Below, piece after piece: positions 9,001-18,330 of a DNA stretch of 39,861 bases. The notes under the pieces were generated by a model. The model did no database searches. It saw only the letters and a program-made list of their open reading frames with translations, and was not told the DNA's origin. Numbering within the stretch: the stretch's first letter is position 1; the number at the start of each line of letters is the position of its first letter. This DNA is from a virus. Taxonomy: Duplodnaviria > Caudoviricetes. Location of the stretch: positions 1-39,861 of IMG/VR virus record IMGVR_UViG_3300025502_000058, one strand, 5' to 3'. The position numbers were made by a program, and so were the translations under genes.

Positions 9001-12000
9001 AGAAGCAGTAAATGCAATGGAAGGCCGTGAGAGGCGTATTGCTGAGAGATTCCTTGTTAGAGTTAAAGAGGAGATAGCTAAACGCAATAAACCGGTTAAA
9101 ACAGTCGAGCCAGCCCCAGACAAGCGCCGTCGTCTTACTCGAAACCAGAAACTTCGGAAAGGGGCTAATTACGGTAACAATAAAACACCAGAAAACTCAA
9201 TTCTTGACCGACTAGCACAAGGCCTACAAAGACTCCCTAAGAGAAAGTTAAAGCAAGGAGATATTAAAGATCTTGGTGTTGCTAGAGGCATGATGAAAAA
9301 ATTCCTTGCAGGATGGGACGACAGAGGAATTAGAATGCCAAGACCTATTCATAGAGTAGTTGGTAGAGAAGTAGATGCTAACAATCCTATAGAAGACCCT
9401 AAGTATGTAGATATAAACGGAAATATTATCCGTGAAGGCGATATAATTGCTCATAACCGAGACGGAGAATTAGTAAGCCCTGAGTACGAAGCAGTAAATA
9501 TTATTAGAGGTAGAGTATTAAGACGAGAACCATATATAAGAGATGGTGTGGTTCGTCAGGGGGGCATATACGTTGAAGTTTTGGAAGCAGATGATCCAAA
9601 GTGGGTAGGTAACGAATTTTTCTATGTTGCCAATAGAGTTGTTATATTAGAGCAACCTGACCTCAAAGACGAAATTTTAAGGGGCCAAAGAGAGAATACA
9701 AATAGAGATTCTGGTGAAGTATATGAAGAGTCTCTATGGACTCTCGATGACTTGGATCTCTACAAGGAATACCTAAGAGTTATTTCATCTGGAGAAGACA
9801 AGTTAGAAAAATTTGCTGCTAAGGAACTAGCAAATAGAAATATTGTTGTTCCCAAAGATATGGCCGAGTGGATGGCTCTTCTTCCTGACGAATCTTTCGA
9901 GTATATTGAAGCCAACAGGGACTTTTTCAATGGAGCAGATACTCAGGGAAGAGTATTGGATATGCTTGTAACTCTTGAAAGAGAGAGACGAAATGTTGGA
10001 GGCGCTGGGGGGGATAAGAACATAAAGTTTGACCAAGAAAAATTAGCTGAACTGCTTGGAGTAGAAGTCGTAAAACCCTCTAAATCAAAAGAAGAAAATA
10101 AACAGCAGCAAAATGAAAGAAAAGTTTATCGACCTATCGAAGAGAATGCAAATAATATCTATGTAGACGAATATGTAGATTACATTTTAGATCAAGAAAA
10201 AGACTGGATGCAAGATCTTACATTTGAAGAGCTTAATGACATATCAAAAATTATTCCTCAGATGGGAGGAGATGACTTTAATTCGGCATTCTCTGGAGAA
10301 AGTAAAGATAGTGTGACAAGCAGACTTGCAGCCGCACTTTTTGATATTAACTGGAACGTAGGAAGAATACCTCCCGTAGGGTATAAGGGGGAGAGAACTA
10401 GAAGAATAAACCCCGATGTCGTAGGCGGTAAGACTCCCGACAATGAAGCCAGCCCCGAAACAGAAAATGAGAAAAACTTCTTAGCCGGTGGAGACGCCTG
10501 GGTTAAAGAAAACGCTGTGAAAGTTTTCGGGCTAGATATAACAGACCTTAAAGAAGGAGATTTCCTATTCGCAGAAGTGAGAGGATTTAGAAGAATAGTC
10601 AAAGTAGAGAAACTGCCCAATGGTAATATTTCTCTAACAGTGCAGACTTCTGATGGCGAATTAGTGAGATACAGAGAGTTTAAAGTAGCACAAGGTGACA
10701 TTGCTATTTCGGATGAGGTATATCAAGTAAAGCCCAAAGGGGAAACTCTTACTCCCTCTGAAATAGAGTTAGAAAAAAATTGGATGGTTAATGGAGAACA
10801 ATGGGTAAGAGACAACTTAAAGGAGGAAAAAGATCTATCCATAGGAAATCTTAAAGTAGGAGACATCTTATATAGGTACCTAAACGGAGTACAGAGAATT
10901 GTATCTATTGAAGATTTAGGGGGACAAGTTCGTATTAGAGTGAAACTAGCCAGCGGAGATGAAAAAGTTTATCTTCTATTGGAAAAGTCAAGAGAGGCTG
11001 TATCTTTAGCAGAAGTATTCCGAGAAAAAGTTGCTGATTCTGCCCCTAAGACGGAAGAGCCCTCTGAAAAAATAAAAGTTCCGGATCTTCCTGAGCCTAG
11101 AACTATAGCAATAAAAGAGGCAAAACTTAGAGCCAAAAAACTTGCTAAAGATATTGAAAATAAGTCTTCGCTACCAACATACGAAGAAATTGACATTAAA
11201 GATGAGACAATTAAATACCACTATGACAGGATGATAAAACTTCTTTCTCCGGAGGGAATAGATCGTCGTAGAGATAAAGGTCTTAACAAAGACTTAGATG
11301 AAGTAATAAGAATTGCAATTTACTTTGGTTGGTTTGATGAAGTCATGGAACTTAAGGCAATACGAGCAAGAAAAGAAAATGTACCACTAAGAGCAATTTC
11401 TACTGACTTACAGGACAACCTTTCTATACTTAAAGGTCAAGGATTTTTAGACATTATTAAAATTAAAAAAGAAATGAAAAATGACCCAGGTCTTCTGGGA
11501 AGAAAAGAATATAACAGATTACGGGGGGGTTATGAAAAAATTATACTTAACCCTGACCCATACAATGTTGGGTATAGAAATGGATTTTTAGCGGTAAAAA
11601 ATGTTATAGATGAGATAAAGAAAAATCCTGGTGCAAGAAACAATCCAGATTTTCTAAATAAAATTGATGAGTTTGAGAGACTTATAAATGGTCTTGGAGA
11701 TCTACCCGACATGGCTAAACCTGGAAATCCAGGAGGAAATCAATATGAAAAACTAGATGCAGCGATAGCCGATTTTGACGGAAAAAATATGAAAGATATA
11801 GAGATAGGTGTAGGAGATTGGCGTAGAGTTAGATATTTAAGTAATGGTATTAACCAAGTTGTTTTACTTAGAAATAGTGTTACAGATGATTATATCGTAG
11901 TTAAAATAGACAAAGATTCCGGAGGTAGAGTGGGATTTAAGGCTAACGGTATTAACTCCGAGGAAATGGTGGCTCAACTATATAGAGATCTAGGGTTTGC

Positions 12001-12622
12001 TGTCCCCCTAGCCAAGGTTATTAACAGAAATCTAGATGCAGATGCAGGTCCAAATTTAAGAGGAATAGCGGTGATGGAGTTTGCCGACACCGGTTTCTTT
12101 GGACTGGAAAATATTGGGGAGGCCGCCGACAAGTATGAAGCGCAGGGATCTATAGATGCTATTATACCTGAATATCAAGGAGAAATCCTGGACTTCCTTG
12201 TCGCTAATGGAATAGTAGGAAATACTGACCGCCATCAACGTAACTATATGTATGGTCAAGATCCAATTACTGGAAAGTGGAGAATCATACCAATAGATAA
12301 CGGATTAGCCATGTTTAACGGTGACTTTAACAACGCTGAAAGATATCTACCGGACGCCTTACACTTAAGGCCTGATAAGGTTATTAAGGGTTATCACGGA
12401 AATGCTAACGGGGCTAAGGGTCTTGCAGCAGAGTATGTTCGTATGATAGGAAAGGACGCTGCTAAAAATCATATAAAAGAGTTTGCTGAACGAATGAAAG
12501 AACGTGCAGAAATATTAGATTTTATTGATCAACGTGGGTCAGGGTATATTTCAGAGCGTGCTCAGTGGATTTTGGACAATATTGATACATACCTTGATGC
12601 AATAACTGGAGGACGATACTGA
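6008..12622 (+). CDS. Giant mosaic head-module protein with C-terminal HipA/PI3-PI4-kinase-like domain (putative virion-delivered effector)
   Basis: 2204 aa between portal and protease, with QRRDREGQF motif, internal repeats and a 66-aa Gly/Ser linker. C-terminus has SNGIN, IVVK, SEEMVAQLY, GNTDRHQRNY and IPIDNGLAM. Confidence 0.75.
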   Translation: MSNHKERILSSALGIVSDANEGVNGSRYVATGIVEMIVDRSLAITSALPFSVREHLAVRDVSDFVRVSQRGNSMFRKARNTDLLPIGNPLSTRRNAMSRSAIRACSARWIAADPRIKTEEARSLVASALNAEVGSIEHDYYIARLSSLSEGTVPLRALVAAFGDGNSSAARSARAKLQRRDREGQFAWMGGGMSTLISRAGQIFSRTGTLVGQGTDSSGGNFFDVEYADGTLARIPASAGESRKATISLEQSGDGYSPAPSKEVTAKDSIINEADIAYISAPEGFYKDTNYDGPGEKFTDDEHDVFKFDPNDEEAPENVTSGEMIDFNRPLYVFRDAGAEPIDFDYTAQSWSEMQDYIRLNQNSSDKAAGRDPGVIAQLSEEQLNKVADETPEDDNAEEVAIRLFGDQFESSTPVTKDPVGDTKSDFLNAPDGAYIPDLDTPYIPEGRSNQASEDYTDDPAELGSNRDISDQDLRNALSEAISPVDGTPAEGFGNLPFDQGDELVSAEAIAEALKNRGFDPKEEINNIFNSGESTAPVATIPDSAPQEMEMVSQEERNSAADLAQSMGLGDDAEELLRTGGSYSEIIEALNKDKFPGAGTMRSRYEARLENYETRFFVDNPSNARRESWEKFGRFKSTLDKLEKEEPKARLELEEDTSTDLPPLLEGLSNEEKEEFNRTGDYKKYLPINDIPDSFPVGIYEIDPRPFDNEFNNLRFDPINLANTVVTEDLISAFKESLIAENDGMGRLLIEDSDGEFPITSIPAEALRDALQLQGEDTNKILFAALKPGGVSTGDGSGSGSGSGGGGGSGSGSGSGSGSGGGGGGGGGGGSGGGGGSGSGSGSGSGSGSGSGSGSGSGSGGDENTGEDTGGRTPSGFYRVDPDGKINKDVEYTEEYLDYLLSSPPQDLSLQELLDLESMINQMEGRERRIAALTLMETQAELARRDQDSKDDVGSQFEGNRYVVDPPPSKRILDDEYVDELLGMDPKDMNSEQLSDALEAVNAMEGRERRIAERFLVRVKEEIAKRNKPVKTVEPAPDKRRRLTRNQKLRKGANYGNNKTPENSILDRLAQGLQRLPKRKLKQGDIKDLGVARGMMKKFLAGWDDRGIRMPRPIHRVVGREVDANNPIEDPKYVDINGNIIREGDIIAHNRDGELVSPEYEAVNIIRGRVLRREPYIRDGVVRQGGIYVEVLEADDPKWVGNEFFYVANRVVILEQPDLKDEILRGQRENTNRDSGEVYEESLWTLDDLDLYKEYLRVISSGEDKLEKFAAKELANRNIVVPKDMAEWMALLPDESFEYIEANRDFFNGADTQGRVLDMLVTLERERRNVGGAGGDKNIKFDQEKLAELLGVEVVKPSKSKEENKQQQNERKVYRPIEENANNIYVDEYVDYILDQEKDWMQDLTFEELNDISKIIPQMGGDDFNSAFSGESKDSVTSRLAAALFDINWNVGRIPPVGYKGERTRRINPDVVGGKTPDNEASPETENEKNFLAGGDAWVKENAVKVFGLDITDLKEGDFLFAEVRGFRRIVKVEKLPNGNISLTVQTSDGELVRYREFKVAQGDIAISDEVYQVKPKGETLTPSEIELEKNWMVNGEQWVRDNLKEEKDLSIGNLKVGDILYRYLNGVQRIVSIEDLGGQVRIRVKLASGDEKVYLLLEKSREAVSLAEVFREKVADSAPKTEEPSEKIKVPDLPEPRTIAIKEAKLRAKKLAKDIENKSSLPTYEEIDIKDETIKYHYDRMIKLLSPEGIDRRRDKGLNKDLDEVIRIAIYFGWFDEVMELKAIRARKENVPLRAISTDLQDNLSILKGQGFLDIIKIKKEMKNDPGLLGRKEYNRLRGGYEKIILNPDPYNVGYRNGFLAVKNVIDEIKKNPGARNNPDFLNKIDEFERLINGLGDLPDMAKPGNPGGNQYEKLDAAIADFDGKNMKDIEIGVGDWRRVRYLSNGINQVVLLRNSVTDDYIVVKIDKDSGGRVGFKANGINSEEMVAQLYRDLGFAVPLAKVINRNLDADAGPNLRGIAVMEFADTGFFGLENIGEAADKYEAQGSIDAIIPEYQGEILDFLVANGIVGNTDRHQRNYMYGQDPITGKWRIIPIDNGLAMFNGDFNNAERYLPDALHLRPDKVIKGYHGNANGAKGLAAEYVRMIGKDAAKNHIKEFAERMKERAEILDFIDQRGSGYISERAQWILDNIDTYLDAITGGRY
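8393..8590 (+). repeat. In-frame hexanucleotide microsatellite (GGTAGC/GGTGGC) x33 encoding a Gly/Ser linker
   Basis: 198 bp made only of GGTAGC and GGTGGC units. Confidence 0.95.
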
Positions 12623-12990
12623 TGCCGTTTGTAGTTGGAGTAGCAAAAAGTGGCTATATATTACCAGATTCTGATCTATTTGTAGTTATATCTGACACAA
12701 AAACTACTGAGTTTATGCTCCCACTTGATACCGACGAAGAATATGCAAAAGATCTTCTAAGAGCACTTGGGTCTAGAATAGCAGCCAGTGATACAAAAGA
12801 TCTGGAAGAGTTTGTAGAGGGTCTTGTGTACAACTTTCCCGCAGAAATATATATTAGTGAGCCCTACGGTACATACGAAGAGGCCTTAAAAAACGCCCAA
12901 GACTATATGGAACTTGTAAATGATTTTGAGGAAAAAAAATCCATACTGCGCGAAGCAATAATGGTTACAGAAGGACTAGAAGAGGAGTAA
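12622..12990 (+). CDS. Small acidic protein, candidate immunity/partner of the kinase-like domain
   Basis: 122 aa, Glu/Asp-rich, TGATG stop-start overlap with the giant gene and a GGAGG RBS. Confidence 0.65.
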   Translation: MPFVVGVAKSGYILPDSDLFVVISDTKTTEFMLPLDTDEEYAKDLLRALGSRIAASDTKDLEEFVEGLVYNFPAEIYISEPYGTYEEALKNAQDYMELVNDFEEKKSILREAIMVTEGLEEE

Positions 12991-12992
12991 TA

Positions 12993-13265
12993 ATGACAAA
13001 CAAAACATATGCTGTATTTTTTATCCTTCCTGATGATTTAGTGTCCGCAATTATTGACTGGAATAGGGGGGGAGAATCGTCTCTAGAGCGTGTCCACGGA
13101 GAGTGGGTCCCCCTAGACGAAGAGGGTTTTGAATCATTAAATGGTTTAGCAGTTGCTACAATGTCAGAAGAAGTTATTAAGATATTCGATAAGGCAGAAG
13201 AGGACGAAAGATCTGTTAATAGATCAGAAATCCTCGACTACGTCGTGAAACTGGAGAAACAATAA
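12993..13265 (+). CDS. Small acidic hypothetical protein (candidate second immunity/partner)
   Basis: 90 aa, GAGGAG RBS, TAATG overlap with the next gene. Confidence 0.65.
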   Translation: MTNKTYAVFFILPDDLVSAIIDWNRGGESSLERVHGEWVPLDEEGFESLNGLAVATMSEEVIKIFDKAEEDERSVNRSEILDYVVKLEKQ

Positions 13266-16200
13266 TGGAGTTAGTAGGTCGTAGGGGGGATAACGTACTT
13301 CTGGCTTCTGGTAATAAAGGAGTTCTTATTAACGAAACTACAAAAACTGTGCTAGAAGTGGGAGAAAAGTTGTCCCTCTCTAAACTTGTTGACGACGTAG
13401 AAGATGGTAAAACAGTGTCCCTTGCATTAGAAGAGCTTGGGGAAGCATCTATTGTAGGGCTAGACATCCAAGTACTGTCTAGTAGTGACCGTATGCACAC
13501 TATTCCTAAGGCAGTTCAACTAGAAGCAAAAAGAGCGCTCGAGTGGAAAAAAGAATTTAATCGCGGGGGCACACCTGTTGGGCAAAACACTGCAAAAACC
13601 TTAGCTGATGGCGGTCAGATTGGTATCAAAAAGATTCGTCATATTGCAAAGTACTTCCCACGCCATGAAGTGGATAAAAAGGGGAAAGGATATAAAACCG
13701 GAGGTGAAGGGTACCCATCTAAGGGCCGTATTGCTTGGGCTCTTTGGGGAGGGGATGCTGCTAAAAAGTGGGCTACGGCAATTGTCGAAAGAGAGAATGG
13801 TAAATCTCTCACAGCAGGCCTAGACATGTTTGAGCCGCCAAAAACCGTAGATTTTTCCGACTTCTCTAGGGAATCTGTTCAATTCGTTGTTCGGGTCCGC
13901 AGAAGCGGGTCTTTTGATCGTCTATATAAAGTAGAGTCTGACGGAGATGTCTACGTCTGGGATGATGGCTGCTGGAGCGATTTGGGAAATCTAGAAAACT
14001 ATATAGACACCTATGACGCGGCCCTAGACGATCCCTATGACAAGGAAGAGAAGCGTCACGTTCCCGTAGATGCACAAACCGCACTTAATATAGCTGCTTT
14101 ATTCGATACCTCACCATTTCGTGAGGTATTACCCTCCTTGCTGTCTTCCGCCGAGTGGGATCTATATGATGGCGCAAAATATGACCTAGATTGGGATCAG
14201 TTTGAGGCAGTTACTGCTGCCGGAGAGCAGGACGGTAACTACACCCCAGAAGAGCGGTCAAAAAATGTAAAGTCTCAGACAAGAGACGGTAGGGGTAGAT
14301 TTGCCGAAAAAGGTGGACGAGTAGTTGTTAATGGGGATCAAGCTACTCGAGGCGTTATTGAAAGTATTAACGATGAGAAAGCAACTGCCACTGTAAAAAT
14401 GGATAGTGGTGAAACTGTTGAGGTTCTTGTAAAGAAAACAGAGAAAGAAGATCCTAATAGGCCTGTACCACCTCCCGTACCAGATGTAAGCCCTATAGAT
14501 ACTTCTGGAATTCTTGGGGAGACTCGACAAACTACAGATAAAAGTATTGCAAAACTTCCTAGTGCGCTTCCTGTGCTTAGCAAGGAAGAAATACAAAAAC
14601 TCATAAGTGAGTTTCCTGAAAGGGTCCAGAAAAAAAGAGACACAGCAAAAATAGATGCCCTAACTTCTTCTGCTGAAAAGCCCGGTAAAAATGACTATAA
14701 AGAGCCTGAAGAATCTGACGTAGATCCTCTCTATTTTGCTATTGTTGCTGACGACGACCCTCAAGCGGTTATGGACGTTGTCGCTTTAGTTCCGGAAGGC
14801 CCGGAAAGTGGCGCTCCTATGACATTTAAAAGATCTCCCGGCAAGTGGGAGCGAGATGACTCTGTGCTTGCTGACATTAATAGTGCTACACCCCCGCCTA
14901 TCGTTCAACTTGATTTAGGCGTGTTAGAGGAAGTCTTAACTCAGGTTGACTCTTCTGTAACGGCTTCAGCAGGTTCGCATCAAGTTAGAGCCCTTAATCA
15001 CGGTAATGCTGATCGACTTCGTAACTACTGGTCTAGCGGCAAGGGTGCCGAAAAGATTATGTGGAGTAAAGACGGTTCGTGGGAACGTTGTGTCAATAGC
15101 ATGGCAAAGTTTATGGGTCCTATGGCTAAATCTTACTGCGCCCTAATTCAGAAGGAAGTTTCCGGAGATTGGAAAAACACCAACAGTAAGTTTGAACTTC
15201 CTTCTAGAACTGGAAAAGACTTTAGTGGCTATGAGGTTCTTTCGGAGGACAAAATCATAGCTAACGCTATTGCTAGAGCAAGAATGTCTGATGCTCGGGA
15301 TAGGGTGGTTACTGCCGGAGGATCTGCGACAATCGATGGGGCAAGATTTAAGATCAAGTTAGTTATTCCTGAGGGAATCGAGTCAGGAGATGGCAGAATC
15401 TTTGATAAGGAGGCCATCGACATTAGAGACTTACCCCTCCCGCTTCTCTGGCAGATCAAGACTGGCGAAGGACACAATGGATCTGTAGTTGTGGGCCGTA
15501 TTGACTTTATGCAAAAGACTGATTTAGGTATTGGTAACGCTTATGGATACTTTGACACTGGAAATTATGGTAAAGAAGCCGAAAGACTAGTCCGTAGAAA
15601 ATTTATCCGTGGAGTTTCCGCTGATTTAGACAAGTTTGAGGCCCTAGAAGAGACCGAAAAGTCCGAAAACTCAGAAGACGGAGAAATTTCTACCGGTAGA
15701 ATGAAGATTAGCAAGGCAAGAGTTATGGCTGTAACTATTGTCCCAAAACCTGCATTTCAAGAATGCACAATAGAAATTGAAGAGGATAAGCAGGAGGATG
15801 AAATGATCCCAGATGGCGTGTATGTCGAAGATGTAGATCCCAGTGAGGCATCTGCTCTTGTGGCCTGCGGTATTACAGCAGGAGTTATCCCAACAACTCC
15901 CCCTCAATCGTGGTTTGATAGACCCGGTCTTAAGCAGGCAACTCCTCTAACAGTGGATGATGAGGGCCGTGTGTACGGTCACATTGCTGCATGGCATGTT
16001 GACCATATTGGAATGTCTTTTGGGACTAGACCTCCTCGTAGCCGAAGTAAGTACTCCTACTTCCACACTGGAGTAGTTCGCACCGAAGAAGGTTCTGACA
16101 TCCCTGTCGGGCAACTTACACTGGCTGGTGGACATGCGTCCCTAGAGATGAGTGCAAGTCAGGCAGTTCGTCACTACGATGACACTGCCTCTGCAATTGC

Positions 16201-18175
16201 AGATGTTCATGCAGGAGAAGATGCCTTTGGAATTTGGGTTTCTGGCGCACTACGACCAGGAACTACCCCTGAGCAGATCCGAGCTCTTCGTGCCTCTGCT
16301 CCTTCAGGTGACTGGCGTCCTATTAAGGGACACCTTGAACTTGTTGCCGTGTGTCAAGTAAATGTCCCAGGATTTCCTATCGCCCGTTCTCGTGTTGCCT
16401 CTGGTCAAATTATGGCTCTTGTAGCAGCTGGTGCAAGTATGTTAGCCCACATGAAGACTGACCCTGTAGCAGAGTTAAACGCTCGTATGGACCGTTTAGA
16501 GCGCGAGCCACTTGATAAGGCTGCTAATACTGCACGGAGTCGTGTACTTACCATTAAAGCCGAAGAACTCAGCGATAGAATAAAAAAGGCTAAAAAAGAT
16601 ATGTCATATGGTCAAAAGAATATGGAAAACTTTGACCCAAAAGAACGTGACCGTCTGGCAAAAAAGGGTGAGTCCCTTCCAGACGGTTCGTTTCCTATTG
16701 AAAATTCTCGTGACTTAGAGAATGCTATTTTGGCTTATGAAAGATTGTCTAAAGACAAGCGTCCCGAGGTAAAATCGCACATTACTGATCGTGCAGAAGC
16801 ATTAGGTAAAGAGGATATGCTTCCAGACAGCTGGGAGACCGACACATCAAGCTTTTCGGATGAAGATGATGAGGATGGATTATTTTTTAACATTAGAGAG
16901 CGAATAGATAAAGCAAAGTCCGTGCTCTCTGATAATACTTCAGAACTTGAGATGGAGAATCCCTGCTGGGATGGCTACGAGATGATAGGTACTAAAACAA
17001 AAAACGGTAAAGAAGTCCCTAATTGCGTGCCTAAAGATGCGTCCTCTGACGATGAAGAAGATTCCGTTGTTGCTAGCGTTCGTAAAAGACTAGCAATTGT
17101 TGAGGCTATGGTCTCTGCCGGTGGTTTAGATCGTAACCGTGGAAATGCAGAAAAACTACGGCTTTACTGGACTAAGGGTGAAGGCGCTGCAAAAATTCGT
17201 TGGGGAACTCCCGGAGACTGGAAGCGTTGTGTTAGATACCTCTCTAAGTATATGGGGGTTCGTTCTAAGGGATACTGCCAACTACGCCACAAGGACGCTA
17301 CTGGCGTATATACAGGGAGCAAACTCAATCCCGGTAACAATAGTGCTGTCAACGACACCGCACTGGATAATTCAGAAGCACTTTACTTGGGATATGACAT
17401 CACTCCTACCGAAATTTCCGATGAAGACATGTCCACCCCTATTGAGTGGCTGGATATGGAAGAAGATATGAACTATGACAGTGATTGGGAGCCAGAAAGA
17501 GAAGTAATAATTCTGTGCAGAAATGTCGAAGAGTTTGATTCTGAGGACGTGTCTACTGAATTTGCTGTTGAAGACGATATTATAGAAAATCTGACTCCGG
17601 AAGAGATTAGAGCCCTAAAGGAGGAAAAAACTTCTAGGGATAACGGACCTAAAACTGAAAGAGAAGGCAAATACACCGCCAAAACACAACCTAGAGATTC
17701 TGGCGGAAAGTTTAGGACAGTTCTTGCACGTCTAAAACTAGACCTTGGCGTTGCTGGGCTCGACAAAGCCCTTAAACAGGTGGAAGAGATCGAAAATCTT
17801 GACTTTTCTGGAGACTACTCCAATGCTGCAAAGGCTTCCGGAGACCTGATTGACATCATTGATCGTCTGGATACTAAGGCCCTAAACCCAGACGCCTTAG
17901 AAAATGTGAGAAACAGTAGCAGGGAGCTTGGGAAGGTCATTGCCAATCTCCCGTTTGCCTTTGGAGTAGATGCCGAAAAAATTAGGTTTTCAGACCTGCC
18001 ACCGGCACTAAAAAGTCTAATGAAAGATATGATATCTCGCGTAGAAGAGAAGATTGGCCAAGAAGACGCAGACATTGCTACTAAAAAATTGAAATCATTC
18101 CTTTCCGGTAATGATGTATTCAATCAATCAGAGATATCTGGTCAAATGGCAACACTTTTAAGATTATTAACTTAA
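13265..18175 (+). CDS. Multidomain capsid maturation (prohead) protease
   Basis: Protease core at about 15341-15770: EGIESGDGRIF...LPLLWQ...GEGHNGSVVVGRID...RGVSADLD...VTIVPKPAFQE. Many small accessory domains. Lies immediately upstream of the capsid gene. Confidence 0.82.
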   Translation: MELVGRRGDNVLLASGNKGVLINETTKTVLEVGEKLSLSKLVDDVEDGKTVSLALEELGEASIVGLDIQVLSSSDRMHTIPKAVQLEAKRALEWKKEFNRGGTPVGQNTAKTLADGGQIGIKKIRHIAKYFPRHEVDKKGKGYKTGGEGYPSKGRIAWALWGGDAAKKWATAIVERENGKSLTAGLDMFEPPKTVDFSDFSRESVQFVVRVRRSGSFDRLYKVESDGDVYVWDDGCWSDLGNLENYIDTYDAALDDPYDKEEKRHVPVDAQTALNIAALFDTSPFREVLPSLLSSAEWDLYDGAKYDLDWDQFEAVTAAGEQDGNYTPEERSKNVKSQTRDGRGRFAEKGGRVVVNGDQATRGVIESINDEKATATVKMDSGETVEVLVKKTEKEDPNRPVPPPVPDVSPIDTSGILGETRQTTDKSIAKLPSALPVLSKEEIQKLISEFPERVQKKRDTAKIDALTSSAEKPGKNDYKEPEESDVDPLYFAIVADDDPQAVMDVVALVPEGPESGAPMTFKRSPGKWERDDSVLADINSATPPPIVQLDLGVLEEVLTQVDSSVTASAGSHQVRALNHGNADRLRNYWSSGKGAEKIMWSKDGSWERCVNSMAKFMGPMAKSYCALIQKEVSGDWKNTNSKFELPSRTGKDFSGYEVLSEDKIIANAIARARMSDARDRVVTAGGSATIDGARFKIKLVIPEGIESGDGRIFDKEAIDIRDLPLPLLWQIKTGEGHNGSVVVGRIDFMQKTDLGIGNAYGYFDTGNYGKEAERLVRRKFIRGVSADLDKFEALEETEKSENSEDGEISTGRMKISKARVMAVTIVPKPAFQECTIEIEEDKQEDEMIPDGVYVEDVDPSEASALVACGITAGVIPTTPPQSWFDRPGLKQATPLTVDDEGRVYGHIAAWHVDHIGMSFGTRPPRSRSKYSYFHTGVVRTEEGSDIPVGQLTLAGGHASLEMSASQAVRHYDDTASAIADVHAGEDAFGIWVSGALRPGTTPEQIRALRASAPSGDWRPIKGHLELVAVCQVNVPGFPIARSRVASGQIMALVAAGASMLAHMKTDPVAELNARMDRLEREPLDKAANTARSRVLTIKAEELSDRIKKAKKDMSYGQKNMENFDPKERDRLAKKGESLPDGSFPIENSRDLENAILAYERLSKDKRPEVKSHITDRAEALGKEDMLPDSWETDTSSFSDEDDEDGLFFNIRERIDKAKSVLSDNTSELEMENPCWDGYEMIGTKTKNGKEVPNCVPKDASSDDEEDSVVASVRKRLAIVEAMVSAGGLDRNRGNAEKLRLYWTKGEGAAKIRWGTPGDWKRCVRYLSKYMGVRSKGYCQLRHKDATGVYTGSKLNPGNNSAVNDTALDNSEALYLGYDITPTEISDEDMSTPIEWLDMEEDMNYDSDWEPEREVIILCRNVEEFDSEDVSTEFAVEDDIIENLTPEEIRALKEEKTSRDNGPKTEREGKYTAKTQPRDSGGKFRTVLARLKLDLGVAGLDKALKQVEEIENLDFSGDYSNAAKASGDLIDIIDRLDTKALNPDALENVRNSSRELGKVIANLPFAFGVDAEKIRFSDLPPALKSLMKDMISRVEEKIGQEDADIATKKLKSFLSGNDVFNQSEISGQMATLLRLLT

Positions 18176-18211
18176 ACATCGTTAATCGAAGTAAGACTCT
18201 ATAAATCAAGG

Positions 18212-18330
18212 TACAATAAGTAACTAGGTGGAGTGCCTCCACGCCTCGTGCGTCTCGGAGTCCCTCGGCCCGACCGATCAGCAGGGAAATTGGAACAGCC
18301 AATTCCCACAACTGGCCTGGAGGATGGACA
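18212..18330 (+). promoter_or_regulatory. Putative promoter (-10 TACAAT) and structured 5' leader of the major capsid gene
   Basis: TACAAT at 18212-18217. Hairpins GTGGAG/CTCCAC (18228-18242) and GGGAAATTGG/CCAATTCCC (18284-18307). GGAGG RBS at 18319-18323. Confidence 0.5.

Noticed and set aside
10460-11030. Second intein/Hint domain in the giant protein (DLKEGD, NLKVGD)
   Set aside because: No N-terminal Cys/Ser block A, no TxxH block B and no terminal His-Asn. Better explained as duplicated small beta-barrels.
18226-18320. tRNA or known riboswitch before the capsid gene
   Set aside because: No cloverleaf, T-loop or recognisable aptamer consensus. Kept only as an unclassified structured leader.
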